NCBI GenBank assembly: GCA_038063715.1
Contig: JBBTUO010000007.1
Span: forward strand, 1,540-65,539
Length of the DNA: 64,000 bases
Origin: Patescibacteria group bacterium
GTDB taxonomy: Bacteria > Patescibacteriota > Minisyncoccia > Phycocordibacterales > SIBU01
Direction of reading: 5' to 3'
The notes beneath the pieces were generated by a model, which saw only the letters and a list, made by a program, of their open reading frames with translations, was not told the origin of the DNA and made no database searches. Shown piece after piece: positions 44,398-54,911 of the stretch (the first letter of the stretch is position 1; each line of letters starts with the position of its first letter). A program made the translations under genes and the position numbers.

Positions 44398-46365
44398 ATG
44401 GAACATCTCACCGGGCTCAACGATCGACAAAAGGAAGCTGTCTTACAGACAACCGGACCACTTCTCATCATCGCGGGGGCGGGGGCGGGCAAAACGAAGA
44501 CCATAACTCACCGGATTCTAAACTTAATCAAAACCGGCGTTGCCCCTAAAAGTATCCTTGCCGTAACATTTACCAACAAAGCTGCGAAAGAAATGCGAGA
44601 CCGAGTGATGAAGCTCCTCGCCGAAGATAAAAGTCTCAATTTTCCCGTACCAAACTTTGAAACCTACAATTTCAACTCCAACATTCCTATAGTGAGTACT
44701 TTTCACTCGCTTGGCGTTCGCATCTTGCGAGAAAATTGTAAAACTCTAGGCATTCCGCTCCATTTTTCAATTTTAGACAAAGGAGACTCGATAAAATTCA
44801 TCAAAGATGCGATGGACGAGGCTGGAGTGGACAGAAAAAGTTTTGATCCAGGCCTTATTCAAAATTTAATCAGCAGAGAGAAGGGAAATGGCATATCGTG
44901 TGCCCAATTTGAAGCAAAAGCTGGTTCTGAATACATTCCAAGTACCGTGGCATCGGTCTGGAAACGTTACGAGGCCATGCTCTCAAAAGAAAAAGCCTTG
45001 GACTTTGATGATCTTCTCCTAAAAACGGCAACCTTGCTTCGGGACAATTCCGTCGTGCGAGAACACTACCAAAACACTTGGCAATATATTCACATTGATG
45101 AATATCAAGATACCAACCGGGTGCAATATCTGATTGCGAAATATTTGGCCGAGAAAAACAAAAATATCTGTGTAGTGGGGGATATCGATCAGACAATATA
45201 TTCTTGGCGAGGAGCAGACATAAAAAATATTTTGGGTTTCGAAAAAGATTATCCTGAGGCAAAAATGGTCATGCTCGAAGAAAATTATCGTTCCACCCAA
45301 ACAATTTTGACCGCGGCCAACCGAGTAATAGCCAAAAATAAAGTCAGACGGGACAAAAATTTGTTTACAAAAAACGGAGAAGGGGAGCTAGTGGGCCTTC
45401 TCGAAGCTTATGACGAAAATGACGAAGCTCGTTTTGTCGCCTTGAAATCTAAACAACTAATTGAGGAGAAGGGCGTGAAAGCTTCTGAAATCGCAGTGCT
45501 TTACCGTGCCAACTTCCAGGGTCGGGCACTAGAAGAAGCGATGCTGGGAAATGATGTGCCATACCAAGTCCTCGGAATCCGTTTTTTTGAGCGCAAGGAA
45601 GTAAAAGATGTGATTTCTTATCTAAAAGCATCATTAAACGAGGAGGGTCTGTCAGATTTGAAACGAATTATAAATGTTCCCGCTCGAGGTCTAGGTAAAG
45701 TGACCATTTTGAAAATTTTCTCGGGGCAAGAAGAAAGTTTGCCCGAAACAACTCGAAAAAAAGTGGCGAGCTTTAGGGCCATACTCGCGGGCATTAAGGA
45801 AAAAGCCCTTACAGAAAAGCCGTCACAAACTATCCGGCATATCATAAAAGAAAGTGGAATCGAGGCCGAACTACGCGCAGGAGGTAACGACGAAGCTGAA
45901 CGATTGGAAAATATTAGAGAGTTAGTAACATACGCCAGCAAATATGATGTATTTGAAAAACCAGAAGAGGGGATACTGCGCTTTATTGAAGAAGCGGCGC
46001 TCGCTTCCGATCAGGACGAACTGATGAAAGGGCACGAAGCGGTGAAACTAATGACGGTGCACGCGGCAAAAGGGCTCGAGTTTGAATATGTTTTCATCAC
46101 GGGTCTTGAGGCAGACTTGTTCCCTCACAAAAGGCATGACGGCGGCAAAATTGACGAGAGACAGGCGGAGGAAGAACGGAGACTTTTCTATGTGGCCTTG
46201 ACGCGGGCCAAGAAAAAATTGTACCTTTCATATGCAAGTATTCGGACCATTTATGGTTCAAAGCAGATCAATGTACCGTCAGAATTTGTGTTTGATATAG
46301 ATGATGAGCTCATTCAGAAAGAAGAAGCGTTTGAGGGAGGAGGTAAGATAATTTATTTAGATTAA
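44398..46365 (+). CDS. pcrA: ATP-dependent DNA helicase, UvrD/PcrA/Rep family
   Basis: LNDRQKEAVLQTTGPLLIIAGAGAGKTKTITHRI (motif I), HIDEYQDTNRVQY (motif II), and motifs III-VI including VALTRAKKKLYLSY. Confidence 0.9.
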   Translation: MEHLTGLNDRQKEAVLQTTGPLLIIAGAGAGKTKTITHRILNLIKTGVAPKSILAVTFTNKAAKEMRDRVMKLLAEDKSLNFPVPNFETYNFNSNIPIVSTFHSLGVRILRENCKTLGIPLHFSILDKGDSIKFIKDAMDEAGVDRKSFDPGLIQNLISREKGNGISCAQFEAKAGSEYIPSTVASVWKRYEAMLSKEKALDFDDLLLKTATLLRDNSVVREHYQNTWQYIHIDEYQDTNRVQYLIAKYLAEKNKNICVVGDIDQTIYSWRGADIKNILGFEKDYPEAKMVMLEENYRSTQTILTAANRVIAKNKVRRDKNLFTKNGEGELVGLLEAYDENDEARFVALKSKQLIEEKGVKASEIAVLYRANFQGRALEEAMLGNDVPYQVLGIRFFERKEVKDVISYLKASLNEEGLSDLKRIINVPARGLGKVTILKIFSGQEESLPETTRKKVASFRAILAGIKEKALTEKPSQTIRHIIKESGIEAELRAGGNDEAERLENIRELVTYASKYDVFEKPEEGILRFIEEAALASDQDELMKGHEAVKLMTVHAAKGLEFEYVFITGLEADLFPHKRHDGGKIDERQAEEERRLFYVALTRAKKKLYLSYASIRTIYGSKQINVPSEFVFDIDDELIQKEEAFEGGGKIIYLD

Positions 46366-46415
46366 GAAATCCAAATAAATAATTCCTAATGTCTAAGTAC
46401 TAATTTCCAAAATCA

Positions 46416-47189
46416 ATGTTTCAAAAGAAATCATTAGGACAAAATTTTCTTAAATCAAAAAAGGTTCTCTCGGATATTGTTCAGGCTGGAAAAATACAGC
46501 CAGGGGAAACTGTTTTGGAAATTGGTCCAGGGGAGGGGTCACTTACGGAAGTATTACTATCGGCCGGTGCAAAAGTTGTAGCTGTGGAAAAAGATCGTCG
46601 ACTCATTCCAGTACTTAAACAAAAATTTGCGAAGGAAATTGCTAATGGCTCACTCACATTAAACGAGGCCGACATTCTTGACTTTAACCCCTCTTCTTCC
46701 CTAAAAGCTAGCAGCTACAAGCTAATAGCTAATATACCCTACTACATTACCGGCATGATTTTAGAAAAATTCTTATCTGGGGAAAATCCGCCAACACTCA
46801 TGGTGCTTATGGTACAGAAAGAAGTTGCGGAAAGAATTATGGCTCGAGATGGGAAAGAAAGTATTCTTTCAATGAGCGTTAAAGTTTATGGGACGCCGCG
46901 ATATGTCGGGACAGTAAAAGCAGGCAATTTTGTCCCGGCGCCAAATGTCGATTCCGCAATTCTTGCCATCGAAAATATTTCTAAGAAATTCTTCGCTGAT
47001 GTCTCGGAAGAAAAATTCTTTGCCGTCATGAAGGCGGGCTTTGCGCACAAACGCAAACAACTCCTCGGAAATTTAAAAACAAATTGGCCAAACATTACAA
47101 CGGAAACCCTGATCAAAATCGGCCTCAACCCAAAAATCCGCGCCGAAGATTTAACGCTCGAAAATTGGCTCGTACTGGCTAGAAACTAA
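46416..47189 (+). CDS. rsmA: 16S rRNA (adenine1518/1519-N6)-dimethyltransferase
   Basis: SLGQNFLKSKKVL...VLEIGPGEGSLTEVL...NIPYYIT, the canonical KsgA/RsmA. Confidence 0.9.
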   Translation: MFQKKSLGQNFLKSKKVLSDIVQAGKIQPGETVLEIGPGEGSLTEVLLSAGAKVVAVEKDRRLIPVLKQKFAKEIANGSLTLNEADILDFNPSSSLKASSYKLIANIPYYITGMILEKFLSGENPPTLMVLMVQKEVAERIMARDGKESILSMSVKVYGTPRYVGTVKAGNFVPAPNVDSAILAIENISKKFFADVSEEKFFAVMKAGFAHKRKQLLGNLKTNWPNITTETLIKIGLNPKIRAEDLTLENWLVLARN

Positions 47190-47216
47190 TGCTTTGGGTT
47201 ACATTGTGAGCAGGCT

Positions 47217-48179
47217 CTAGATTGCCGAACTTCCGGTACCTGATCCAATCTGACCCTCAGACGGAAGACTGATACAGCTGTAACCAATGTACATCTGACA
47301 CTGAGAACCTGAGGTGTACTCGCCCACAGCATTTAATGTAAAAGGAAGATTGTATCCCATATACATTTGCGTACCGGTGTAATAAGTAAGAAGCACTACG
47401 TATGTAGGAGGAAGTGGGGTGAGCGTAACCAACCAGTTACCACTACAAGTGCAATAAAAGGGAAACAAGATTCTGCCGCCAAAAGGAGTGCCTCCCAAAG
47501 CGTAAACCTTTTTACCCGCAAAAAACTCAGATAGTGTGTTGAGAAATTTTAAAAAACTTTGACCATCGTTAAACGAACTTTGGAGTCCGTACACAGGAAC
47601 ACCAGCTTTCTGCACAGCATCTACAAACTTTTCTTCAGGTTTTTGCACAAGGATATCTTTTTCAGCACCGTCTTTTATGGTCAACAACTGATCCCTGCTA
47701 TATCCCTGTTTTACACCCACCTTATCGAGTGCCTGCAAAAAACTTGCCTGATCAAACTGTACCTTGTTAGTCACAGAAGCGGGTGCAACCAGTGGTGCCT
47801 TAGGGGTCTGAACAGTCGTCACAGGCAACACTGCAGTCGAAGCCGATGACTGTAGAGAGTTCATTTTTACCCTGGTCAACATCCCGACAAAACCAGTTCC
47901 CTGATAAAGGCCGGCAGGAATAAGCACCTCTGTTCTATATTTTTCCTGAAATCTTATAACCGCAAGCTTTGTTAATACTCCAAATCGCTCAGTCTCTTGT
48001 CCGGTTGAACCTGGGCCACTCATTGCAACAGCAGTATAAGAATCTTGATTCAAAAAGCGCTGCAACTCTAGTACCGCCTGACCGGTACTGCCAATCGACA
48101 AATTTTCGGTAAATGTATAGGCAAAAACAACAGAAGGGAAGAGTGTTGAAAGCAGAAAAAATCCTGAGAATAGTTTCAT
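47217..48179 (-). CDS. Secreted protein with peptidoglycan-binding-like domain
   Basis: Signal peptide, then GSTGQAVLELQRFLN...GPGSTGQETERFGVLTKLAVIRFQEKY (PG_binding_1-like). Cys-containing C-terminal region. Confidence 0.45.
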   Translation of the reverse strand: MKLFSGFFLLSTLFPSVVFAYTFTENLSIGSTGQAVLELQRFLNQDSYTAVAMSGPGSTGQETERFGVLTKLAVIRFQEKYRTEVLIPAGLYQGTGFVGMLTRVKMNSLQSSASTAVLPVTTVQTPKAPLVAPASVTNKVQFDQASFLQALDKVGVKQGYSRDQLLTIKDGAEKDILVQKPEEKFVDAVQKAGVPVYGLQSSFNDGQSFLKFLNTLSEFFAGKKVYALGGTPFGGRILFPFYCTCSGNWLVTLTPLPPTYVVLLTYYTGTQMYMGYNLPFTLNAVGEYTSGSQCQMYIGYSCISLPSEGQIGSGTGSSAI

Positions 48180-48315
48180 AGTAAAATAAGTATACTACAA
48201 ATGCCTACTGTTATGCATTTTGAGGTAACTGTGGAGATGTTTTGGTATTTTATCTGATATAATTAAAGGCAAAGAGCGAGCGCTTCTTGTTGCTTCTCTG
48301 TATTTGTGTAATCAA

Positions 48316-49284
48316 ATGACAACTCCCAGTAAAAAAATACTTCTCACTGCATCAGTCGCGATTGTTGTGATTGCAGGCCTGGTATTTTTTACCCAATTTC
48401 AATCAGAAATCACCTACACAGCTCCCGTAGCGAGCACCGCCACATCAACAGGCACTCTTGAAATAGACACCGATCAAGACGGCCTTAGAGATTGGGAAGA
48501 AGGATTGTGGAAAACAGACCCGATCAACCCTGACACTGACAGTGACGGTACAGAAGACAGCGCAGAAATTAAGCTAAACCGCGATCCGCTTTTGGCAGGC
48601 CCAAACGACAAACTCGACACTGACACGGTAGACAACAAAATCAACCCGGAAACAGAGGCCGACCTCACCGATACGGACAAGTTCTCACGCGAGCTCTTTG
48701 TGAAAATTATCGCCGCCGGTCAAGCCGAAAACCCGCCCACCGAAACGGACTTCCAAAACTTCTTAAATTCCACTATTCAAAACCAGGTCGTCACGCAAAA
48801 GGCGAGATCCTACACCTCAGCAGATTTTTCTGTGGACAACGAAGAAACGCCAGCAAAAATAAAGGCCTATGGCAATGCACTGGCTACAATTCTAAAAACT
48901 CCCCCTACTAAAAAATTTGAATACGAAATCAACATCGTAGAGAGAGCGCAAGAAAAAAAAGACCCAGAAATCTTGAAGCAACTAGAGCCGAACATAAGCG
49001 CTTACGCTAATCTTGAGAATACTCTGCTTAAAATGACAGTGCCTAAAAGCGCTCTGCCAGTTCATATAGCACTTACCAACGGCGCAGCTGGTATGGCATG
49101 GAGCATTACCGGGCTTTCCTATATTTTAACCGATCCAATAAAAGCATTACCCGGTGTTGCAGGGTATGGAGAAAATTTTCAGGCTTTTATCAAGAGTCTA
49201 GGTGGCTTCAATAAATATTTTATAAGCTCAAAAGTAATTTTTCAACAAAACGATGCTGGCTACCACTTCTTTGATGCGATATAA
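48316..49284 (+). CDS. Hypothetical membrane-anchored protein with Asp-rich calcium-binding-like repeats
   Basis: N-terminal TM (ILLTASVAIVVIAGLVFF). DTDQDGLRDWEE...NPDTDSDGTEDSAE...DTDTVDNKINPETEADLTDTD, thrombospondin-type-3-like. The ORF track starts at a TTG at 48304. Confidence 0.4.
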   Translation: MTTPSKKILLTASVAIVVIAGLVFFTQFQSEITYTAPVASTATSTGTLEIDTDQDGLRDWEEGLWKTDPINPDTDSDGTEDSAEIKLNRDPLLAGPNDKLDTDTVDNKINPETEADLTDTDKFSRELFVKIIAAGQAENPPTETDFQNFLNSTIQNQVVTQKARSYTSADFSVDNEETPAKIKAYGNALATILKTPPTKKFEYEINIVERAQEKKDPEILKQLEPNISAYANLENTLLKMTVPKSALPVHIALTNGAAGMAWSITGLSYILTDPIKALPGVAGYGENFQAFIKSLGGFNKYFISSKVIFQQNDAGYHFFDAI

Positions 49285-49304
49285 TTAAGCAAAGGCAATC
49301 GACA

Positions 49305-51764
49305 ATGGTCGAGGTGCCACAATTTCTCATGAACAAAAGTTGGAAACATCATATTCTAGTAACAATAATATCCTTACTCGTTGCTCTGCCGACTTTAGTT
49401 GGTTTTAGTGAAAAAGCAAACGCTGAAGCCACAGCGTGTTTGGCAGGAATCATCAGTGGTATTACCTCAGCAATGAGTGGTGGAATTGGCAATGTCGCTA
49501 CTGTCCCCGTAGGCGACTCCGCGACTCTAAACTCGACCGCGCAGACCTCTGGACAAACAACAGGATCTACAATCCAACGCTGTGTAGTCGAACCGCTCGT
49601 TACCGTGATGGCTCGCTCACTTCTTGAAAACTTTACCGCCCAGACAGTGCGTTGGATAAACTCAGGATTTCAGGGGAGCCCTATGTATGTCACCAACATT
49701 CAAGGGTTCTTTGGCGATGTCGCCGACCAGGCAGCTGGACAATTCATTGCTGGTCTTGGACCAATTGGCCAAATGCTCTGTAGTCCATTCGATCTTCAAC
49801 TTCGCCTATCACTCGGCCTACAATATTCCTCAAATTACCGGCAGCTTATTGGCTGTCGACTCTCTGACATCCAAAACAACGTCCAAAGAGCCTTCACCGG
49901 AGGTCAATTCGGAAGAAACGGCTGGGACAACTGGATTAATCTTACCGCTACACCACAAAACAACATTTACGGTTCTTACTTGAAAGCCACAGAGGCAATC
50001 GACCTGAAAATCGGTAATACTCAGATTAGCCTTGGCAAACAACTTGATTTCGGCAAAGGCTTTCTATCATCAAAAGACGCAAACGGAAACATCACAACAC
50101 CAGGATCAATCATCGAGGGCCAGCTCGACAAGACCTTGTACCAACCTCTACAAAACATCGGCCTGGCAAAGGATATTGATGCAATCTTGAATGCGTTGGT
50201 AGGACAAATGATAAACCAAGTTATGGGTGGTATTGGTGGTCTCATGGGGGCAAGCAACTCGTCCGCTGGTGGGGGACAGTCTGCTGTAGACCGGGGTATC
50301 AATCAGACAGTGACCGCTCTAATGCAACAAAACAGCCAATCACAAATTTTACCGTCTGGTTTTATTATGAATACAGGTACGGGAACACTAAATCCTACAG
50401 GAAGCGCTACTGGACCGACCCCAATATCATTCTGCTATCAGTTCAGTCAAAACATTTACGGCACCAACGCCGACCCACAAAGACCTGGTGATGTCTACGT
50501 AAAAGTAAACGGAGTGACAAATCCAAGCGCCCTTCAAACAATTACCTCTAAAATTGTCAACGCAACAACTGTTCCTTGGACCGTTTCTGACTACAACAGT
50601 ATTTATACATACTGCCAAAACGTGAACCGAACATCTGTATTAAGTGCCGGAACTAACGCCTTTACGGGCCAGGTAGAAGATATCATTGGTAACCAAGCGT
50701 CTTCCACCCCAGCAAATCCAACACTGACAAATCAAAACTTAACCAGACTCCCCGGAGTGACAGCTAAACAATCCAGTACATACCTAGGCTGGAATTATTA
50801 CCCAGAAGCCAGAATCGCAATTGATGGTCAGACCTACGGTAGCTCAAACTATGGCTTAGCTATGACGCAAGCTCGAGCGGATCAATGGTGGCAGGTGGAT
50901 TTGGGTAACACTAAACAAATCGGTACGATTAAAATATATCGCGAGCCAAACGGTAATTACTTGAGCTATCCGTTCCATGTATTTGTGTTAAACAGCGACC
51001 CAGATGATGTGCCGCTCGACGCGTTTTTGGTTGGCAGCGCCCAAAATACAGTTGTATCTCACACTTTTGTTCCCGACCCGACTGCCATGACTGCTTTCGG
51101 CACAAACGGTAGCAACTTCATGACCCTAAACTTGGGTAATGTTTCTGGGAGATTTGTTCGCGTTACACAATCTGTTGGAAGCTATGTCGGTCTGGCGGAA
51201 GTAGAGATATTTTCGCCGACAACTGGAACTAGTGCGGGAGGCCCAGCTCAACCACCTATATACTTTTCGTCTCCAGAAATTGACCGGACAGCAACACCTT
51301 TGAGCCGAATGGGTACATTTGAAAACTCGGTATTCCTAGTAGCAAACGAGGATCTGTCCGACCTAAGGGCTAAAATGACAATTGCCAAAATTGGTTATAG
51401 CTATAACCAAGGGGTGCCGGGATTCCCTACAATCTTTAGAACCTTAAATGTCACCTCAACTCGAGTGCAGACCTCAGAACAAATTGAAAACACAGACATA
51501 GTAGTACTAAATACCATCGGGTGCGGTGGGTGGCAGCAAACCTGTAACGGGAAAATAAACCCAATATTTGGACTCAACAACCTGCTCAACCCTGTCACTT
51601 ATGACCAAGCCTTATCAGTAGTTGCGGGACAACAAATTCAAATGGTGCAAAGCGGTATTATTTCTAGCCTTGCCACTTCAGGCACTTACAGAATTACACT
51701 AGACATTACGACTGCTGGCGGGAGTCTTCTGGCCAGTCAAAAAATAACGTTCAGTATTCAATAA
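49305..51764 (+). CDS. Large secreted protein with F5/8 type C (discoidin) domain
   Basis: 819 aa. Signal/anchor. C-terminal-half segment WWQVDLGNTKQIGTIKIYREPNGNYLSYPFHVFVLN...RFVRVTQSVGSYVGLAEVEIF matches the discoidin-domain pattern. Confidence 0.5.
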   Translation: MVEVPQFLMNKSWKHHILVTIISLLVALPTLVGFSEKANAEATACLAGIISGITSAMSGGIGNVATVPVGDSATLNSTAQTSGQTTGSTIQRCVVEPLVTVMARSLLENFTAQTVRWINSGFQGSPMYVTNIQGFFGDVADQAAGQFIAGLGPIGQMLCSPFDLQLRLSLGLQYSSNYRQLIGCRLSDIQNNVQRAFTGGQFGRNGWDNWINLTATPQNNIYGSYLKATEAIDLKIGNTQISLGKQLDFGKGFLSSKDANGNITTPGSIIEGQLDKTLYQPLQNIGLAKDIDAILNALVGQMINQVMGGIGGLMGASNSSAGGGQSAVDRGINQTVTALMQQNSQSQILPSGFIMNTGTGTLNPTGSATGPTPISFCYQFSQNIYGTNADPQRPGDVYVKVNGVTNPSALQTITSKIVNATTVPWTVSDYNSIYTYCQNVNRTSVLSAGTNAFTGQVEDIIGNQASSTPANPTLTNQNLTRLPGVTAKQSSTYLGWNYYPEARIAIDGQTYGSSNYGLAMTQARADQWWQVDLGNTKQIGTIKIYREPNGNYLSYPFHVFVLNSDPDDVPLDAFLVGSAQNTVVSHTFVPDPTAMTAFGTNGSNFMTLNLGNVSGRFVRVTQSVGSYVGLAEVEIFSPTTGTSAGGPAQPPIYFSSPEIDRTATPLSRMGTFENSVFLVANEDLSDLRAKMTIAKIGYSYNQGVPGFPTIFRTLNVTSTRVQTSEQIENTDIVVLNTIGCGGWQQTCNGKINPIFGLNNLLNPVTYDQALSVVAGQQIQMVQSGIISSLATSGTYRITLDITTAGGSLLASQKITFSIQ

Positions 51765-51767
51765 CAA

Positions 51768-54700
51768 ATGAGCAATAAGCAGTTTATTAAGAAAATATTC
51801 CTAGGAATTCTGTTTAGTATTATTTTACTCGCGCCCCTAGGTAATGGGGCGGCGGTTTTTGCCCAAACAACTGGTTTTAACCCTCTCGAAGGAGGGGTAG
51901 CCGACCCTGTAGATCCTGATTTTCAAGATGGGGGGCAGTACGACCCTAACACCGTCCCATCAACACCTAACCAGGGTGGTCAAGCTGGTGCAAGCGATAA
52001 CAAGACCAACCCAAAACCTGGCCCACAAACGCAGGGTTGTATAAGAACCACTCTGGGAGTGATGAGCGGAATCAATATTAATGCCTGTGTCGGACAGCTT
52101 CTAAACCTCTGGATGTGGCTCGTCGCGTGGTCACTATTTCTCGCGGGCCTAATTCTAGACACGTCGCTCTATTTCACCATCCACCTAAAAGAACTCATGG
52201 CTAGTGTGCCGACTGTCAGAATAGGCTGGACAATTTTTCGAGATCTCTCAAACATCTTCTTCATCTTTATTCTCCTGTGGGTGTCAATTGGTACAATCTT
52301 GGGTATCGTTGGTGGCAAAACCAAAGAAATTATCGTCAATTTAATTGTGGTTGCGCTTTTAATAAACTTTAGCCTTTTCATAACCCAGGCTGTAGTAGAC
52401 GCTTCAAACATTGTGGCTATTCACTTTTACAATCTAATCGTACCGGCACCCAATGGATCAAATTTAAATCCATTCGGTAGTGGTAGCTTCTCTGGAGCAT
52501 TCATGCAGGGTCTAAAAATCCAGACAATATATGACCCATCAGGGACCGGAGCTGGGGCAGTGGGCACAGGTGTTGGTGGGGCCTTTGATGTATTGCTTAA
52601 AGGTGCGAGTGGTACGGCACTAGACATACTGAAAATTATCTTTATGGGTGTTTTCGGCAGTATTCTCATGCTTACCGCGGCTTATGTTTTCGTTGTGGCT
52701 GCAGTTCTGTTTATCATCCGTATTGTCGTGCTTATGTTCTTAATGATGCTCTCACCTTTAGCGTTTTTATGCTTCGTTTTACCAGCAACCGAAAAATATG
52801 CTGAGGAGTGGAAAGAAAAACTTATTAGCCAATCGTTATTTGCGCCAATCTATCTCGCACTATCCTTTGTTGTGGTGAAAACAATACAAACCCCTGAATT
52901 TCAGGCGATTCTAGCATTAAACACGGGTGTTGGACCTGGTGGGATCTTCACATCAGCCGGAGGAATACTTATAAACTTCCTTCTTTTAATTGGTTTAATG
53001 GTTGGTTGTATTTTTGTCGCCAAGAAAATGGAGGCTGTCGGAGAGGAACTTGCGCTGGGTGCGGGGTCAAAGTTTATTACAAGCGCCTTGCAAGGCAAGC
53101 ATCTTTCGGCACCCTTCAGTGGAGCAGCTTACGGCGGTAAATGGCTCGGTGAGAAACTTCAAAAGAATAGTTTTACAAAAAGTTTTGGTGAAAAACTATA
53201 TACCGGATCAATGGCTCTAGATAAAACGACAGAGTCAATGAGAAAAAAGATTGACATGAATGAGCTTGATAAGAAATTTGGGGAAAGTGGCTTTGGAAAT
53301 ACATCTCTCGGTAGTTTACTTCGCGAACAAACAACAGGCAGAATAACCCATGCCAAATTCGGCGGAGAGGAATCTCTGCATGAAAAACATGAAGAAGATA
53401 TAAAACGACAAGAAAGGCAGGATGAGATTGGAAAAAAGAACTATGCGCTGCAGCTTTCCGAAGAAGCAAAAAAGGCCCTGAAAGACTTTGAGGAATCGAA
53501 AATAGTAAAAAAGCCTTCGATTGCTGATTTTACTGATGCCAATAACATGTTTGACCCGGTAGGTTATGATAGGGCAGCACAAAAGATGGAGGACGAGCGA
53601 AAAATAAAAGAGGCGGAGTTGAAAAAGATATCCGATGAAGCCGAGGCGAGTTATGCTACAGCAACTGGCTTTATATCACCACAGGGTTTTGCAGAAATGG
53701 GTGAACATGACATACATTCCTTGGCAAAACATGCCAGCCTTGGCCAAATTGACGCGGTAATGAAATCAACAGAGTGGACACTTGATGAGAAGAGAGAGAT
53801 GCTTGGGCCTAAGTTCGATTCGTATGTTTCTGAATTTAAGGAACTCGATAAAAAAACCGATGCGTACGAAGCAGATCAAAAAGAATTGGAACGACTTATC
53901 GTTGCAGGAGAGATCAGAATTGATGGTGAAGACGGAAGTGTCATTGAGGACGCAACTCAAAAAATTGTTGGCGGCAATATAGAGGTAAACGGCGTTATTA
54001 AATGCAAAAAACCGGTTGCGCCAGGTCTGCCTTCCCACCTAAAGGGTTGGGCCAGAAACGACATGACAGTTCATGGATATGAACTTTTGTACCAATTAGT
54101 GCCCGGGGCTTTAAAAAGTCGCTCACTGATTGGAGCGACTCGACACGGCTTTACACACAAGGAATTAAGATTCAATAACAACTTAAGTTACGCCGACAGA
54201 AACGAACTTTCACTTATAAAAGATGTGAAAATTAGAAGGTTTACTGACAAAAAAGATCCTAATTTCTTCGCGTCAAATACTGATGACGAACGACAGATAG
54301 CTTTCAATGAAGCGAAGGCTGAGGCTCAAACGCTTTTGGCAGCTATACCAGGAGCTACAGATGAGCAAAAATCTGCAATTTGGGATAAAGAGTGGGCAAA
54401 GGCAAGATCAAAACACCTTCAAAGAGATGTTATTATTGAAAAGGGTATGAAGGAGTGGGCGTCGGGACGCAGTGCAGATGAGATTGCGGCGGCAAGAGGT
54501 ATATTCAGAAACTCGGCGGCACTACACACCCTTGTTGACAAAGGAATCGCAGGAAAGTGGGAGGGTAAAGACTCAGAAGATATCGTCTTTTTGCTACGAG
54601 ATCTTGTTAGGTCATACAAAGCAGAAAAGGAGGGTAAGGGTGTAATGACATTGGAAAATCGTAAGGCCCTTGAATCAATCCTATATGATCCTCGCAACAA

Positions 54701-54869
54701 AATGCAGATACCCACACTCACCGAATCAGAGATCAGAAAAGGGGTGGACGATGTTGGGGGGGCTTCGGGTAATGGTGACGTAGCCGAACTTGAAACTTTA
54801 CTCAAGCAGCTGCGAAAGAACCCGCCAAGACCAAATTTAAAGCTAGACTCAGCAATAGACCAACTATAA
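51768..54869 (+). CDS. VirB6/TrbL-like polytopic membrane protein with long hydrophilic C-terminal extension (T4SS-like component)
   Basis: 1033 aa. Signal peptide. At least five hydrophobic helices between residues ~110 and 440 (e.g. IFFIFILLWVSIGTILGIVGG, VFVVAAVLFIIRIVVLMFLMMLSPLAFLCFVLPA). Then ~600 aa of charged coiled-coil-like sequence. Confidence 0.5.
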   Translation: MSNKQFIKKIFLGILFSIILLAPLGNGAAVFAQTTGFNPLEGGVADPVDPDFQDGGQYDPNTVPSTPNQGGQAGASDNKTNPKPGPQTQGCIRTTLGVMSGININACVGQLLNLWMWLVAWSLFLAGLILDTSLYFTIHLKELMASVPTVRIGWTIFRDLSNIFFIFILLWVSIGTILGIVGGKTKEIIVNLIVVALLINFSLFITQAVVDASNIVAIHFYNLIVPAPNGSNLNPFGSGSFSGAFMQGLKIQTIYDPSGTGAGAVGTGVGGAFDVLLKGASGTALDILKIIFMGVFGSILMLTAAYVFVVAAVLFIIRIVVLMFLMMLSPLAFLCFVLPATEKYAEEWKEKLISQSLFAPIYLALSFVVVKTIQTPEFQAILALNTGVGPGGIFTSAGGILINFLLLIGLMVGCIFVAKKMEAVGEELALGAGSKFITSALQGKHLSAPFSGAAYGGKWLGEKLQKNSFTKSFGEKLYTGSMALDKTTESMRKKIDMNELDKKFGESGFGNTSLGSLLREQTTGRITHAKFGGEESLHEKHEEDIKRQERQDEIGKKNYALQLSEEAKKALKDFEESKIVKKPSIADFTDANNMFDPVGYDRAAQKMEDERKIKEAELKKISDEAEASYATATGFISPQGFAEMGEHDIHSLAKHASLGQIDAVMKSTEWTLDEKREMLGPKFDSYVSEFKELDKKTDAYEADQKELERLIVAGEIRIDGEDGSVIEDATQKIVGGNIEVNGVIKCKKPVAPGLPSHLKGWARNDMTVHGYELLYQLVPGALKSRSLIGATRHGFTHKELRFNNNLSYADRNELSLIKDVKIRRFTDKKDPNFFASNTDDERQIAFNEAKAEAQTLLAAIPGATDEQKSAIWDKEWAKARSKHLQRDVIIEKGMKEWASGRSADEIAAARGIFRNSAALHTLVDKGIAGKWEGKDSEDIVFLLRDLVRSYKAEKEGKGVMTLENRKALESILYDPRNKMQIPTLTESEIRKGVDDVGGASGNGDVAELETLLKQLRKNPPRPNLKLDSAIDQL

Positions 54870-54911
54870 TTGCTTTGGGAATGTAGAAACGAAAATAGTA
54901 AAGCATAGAAA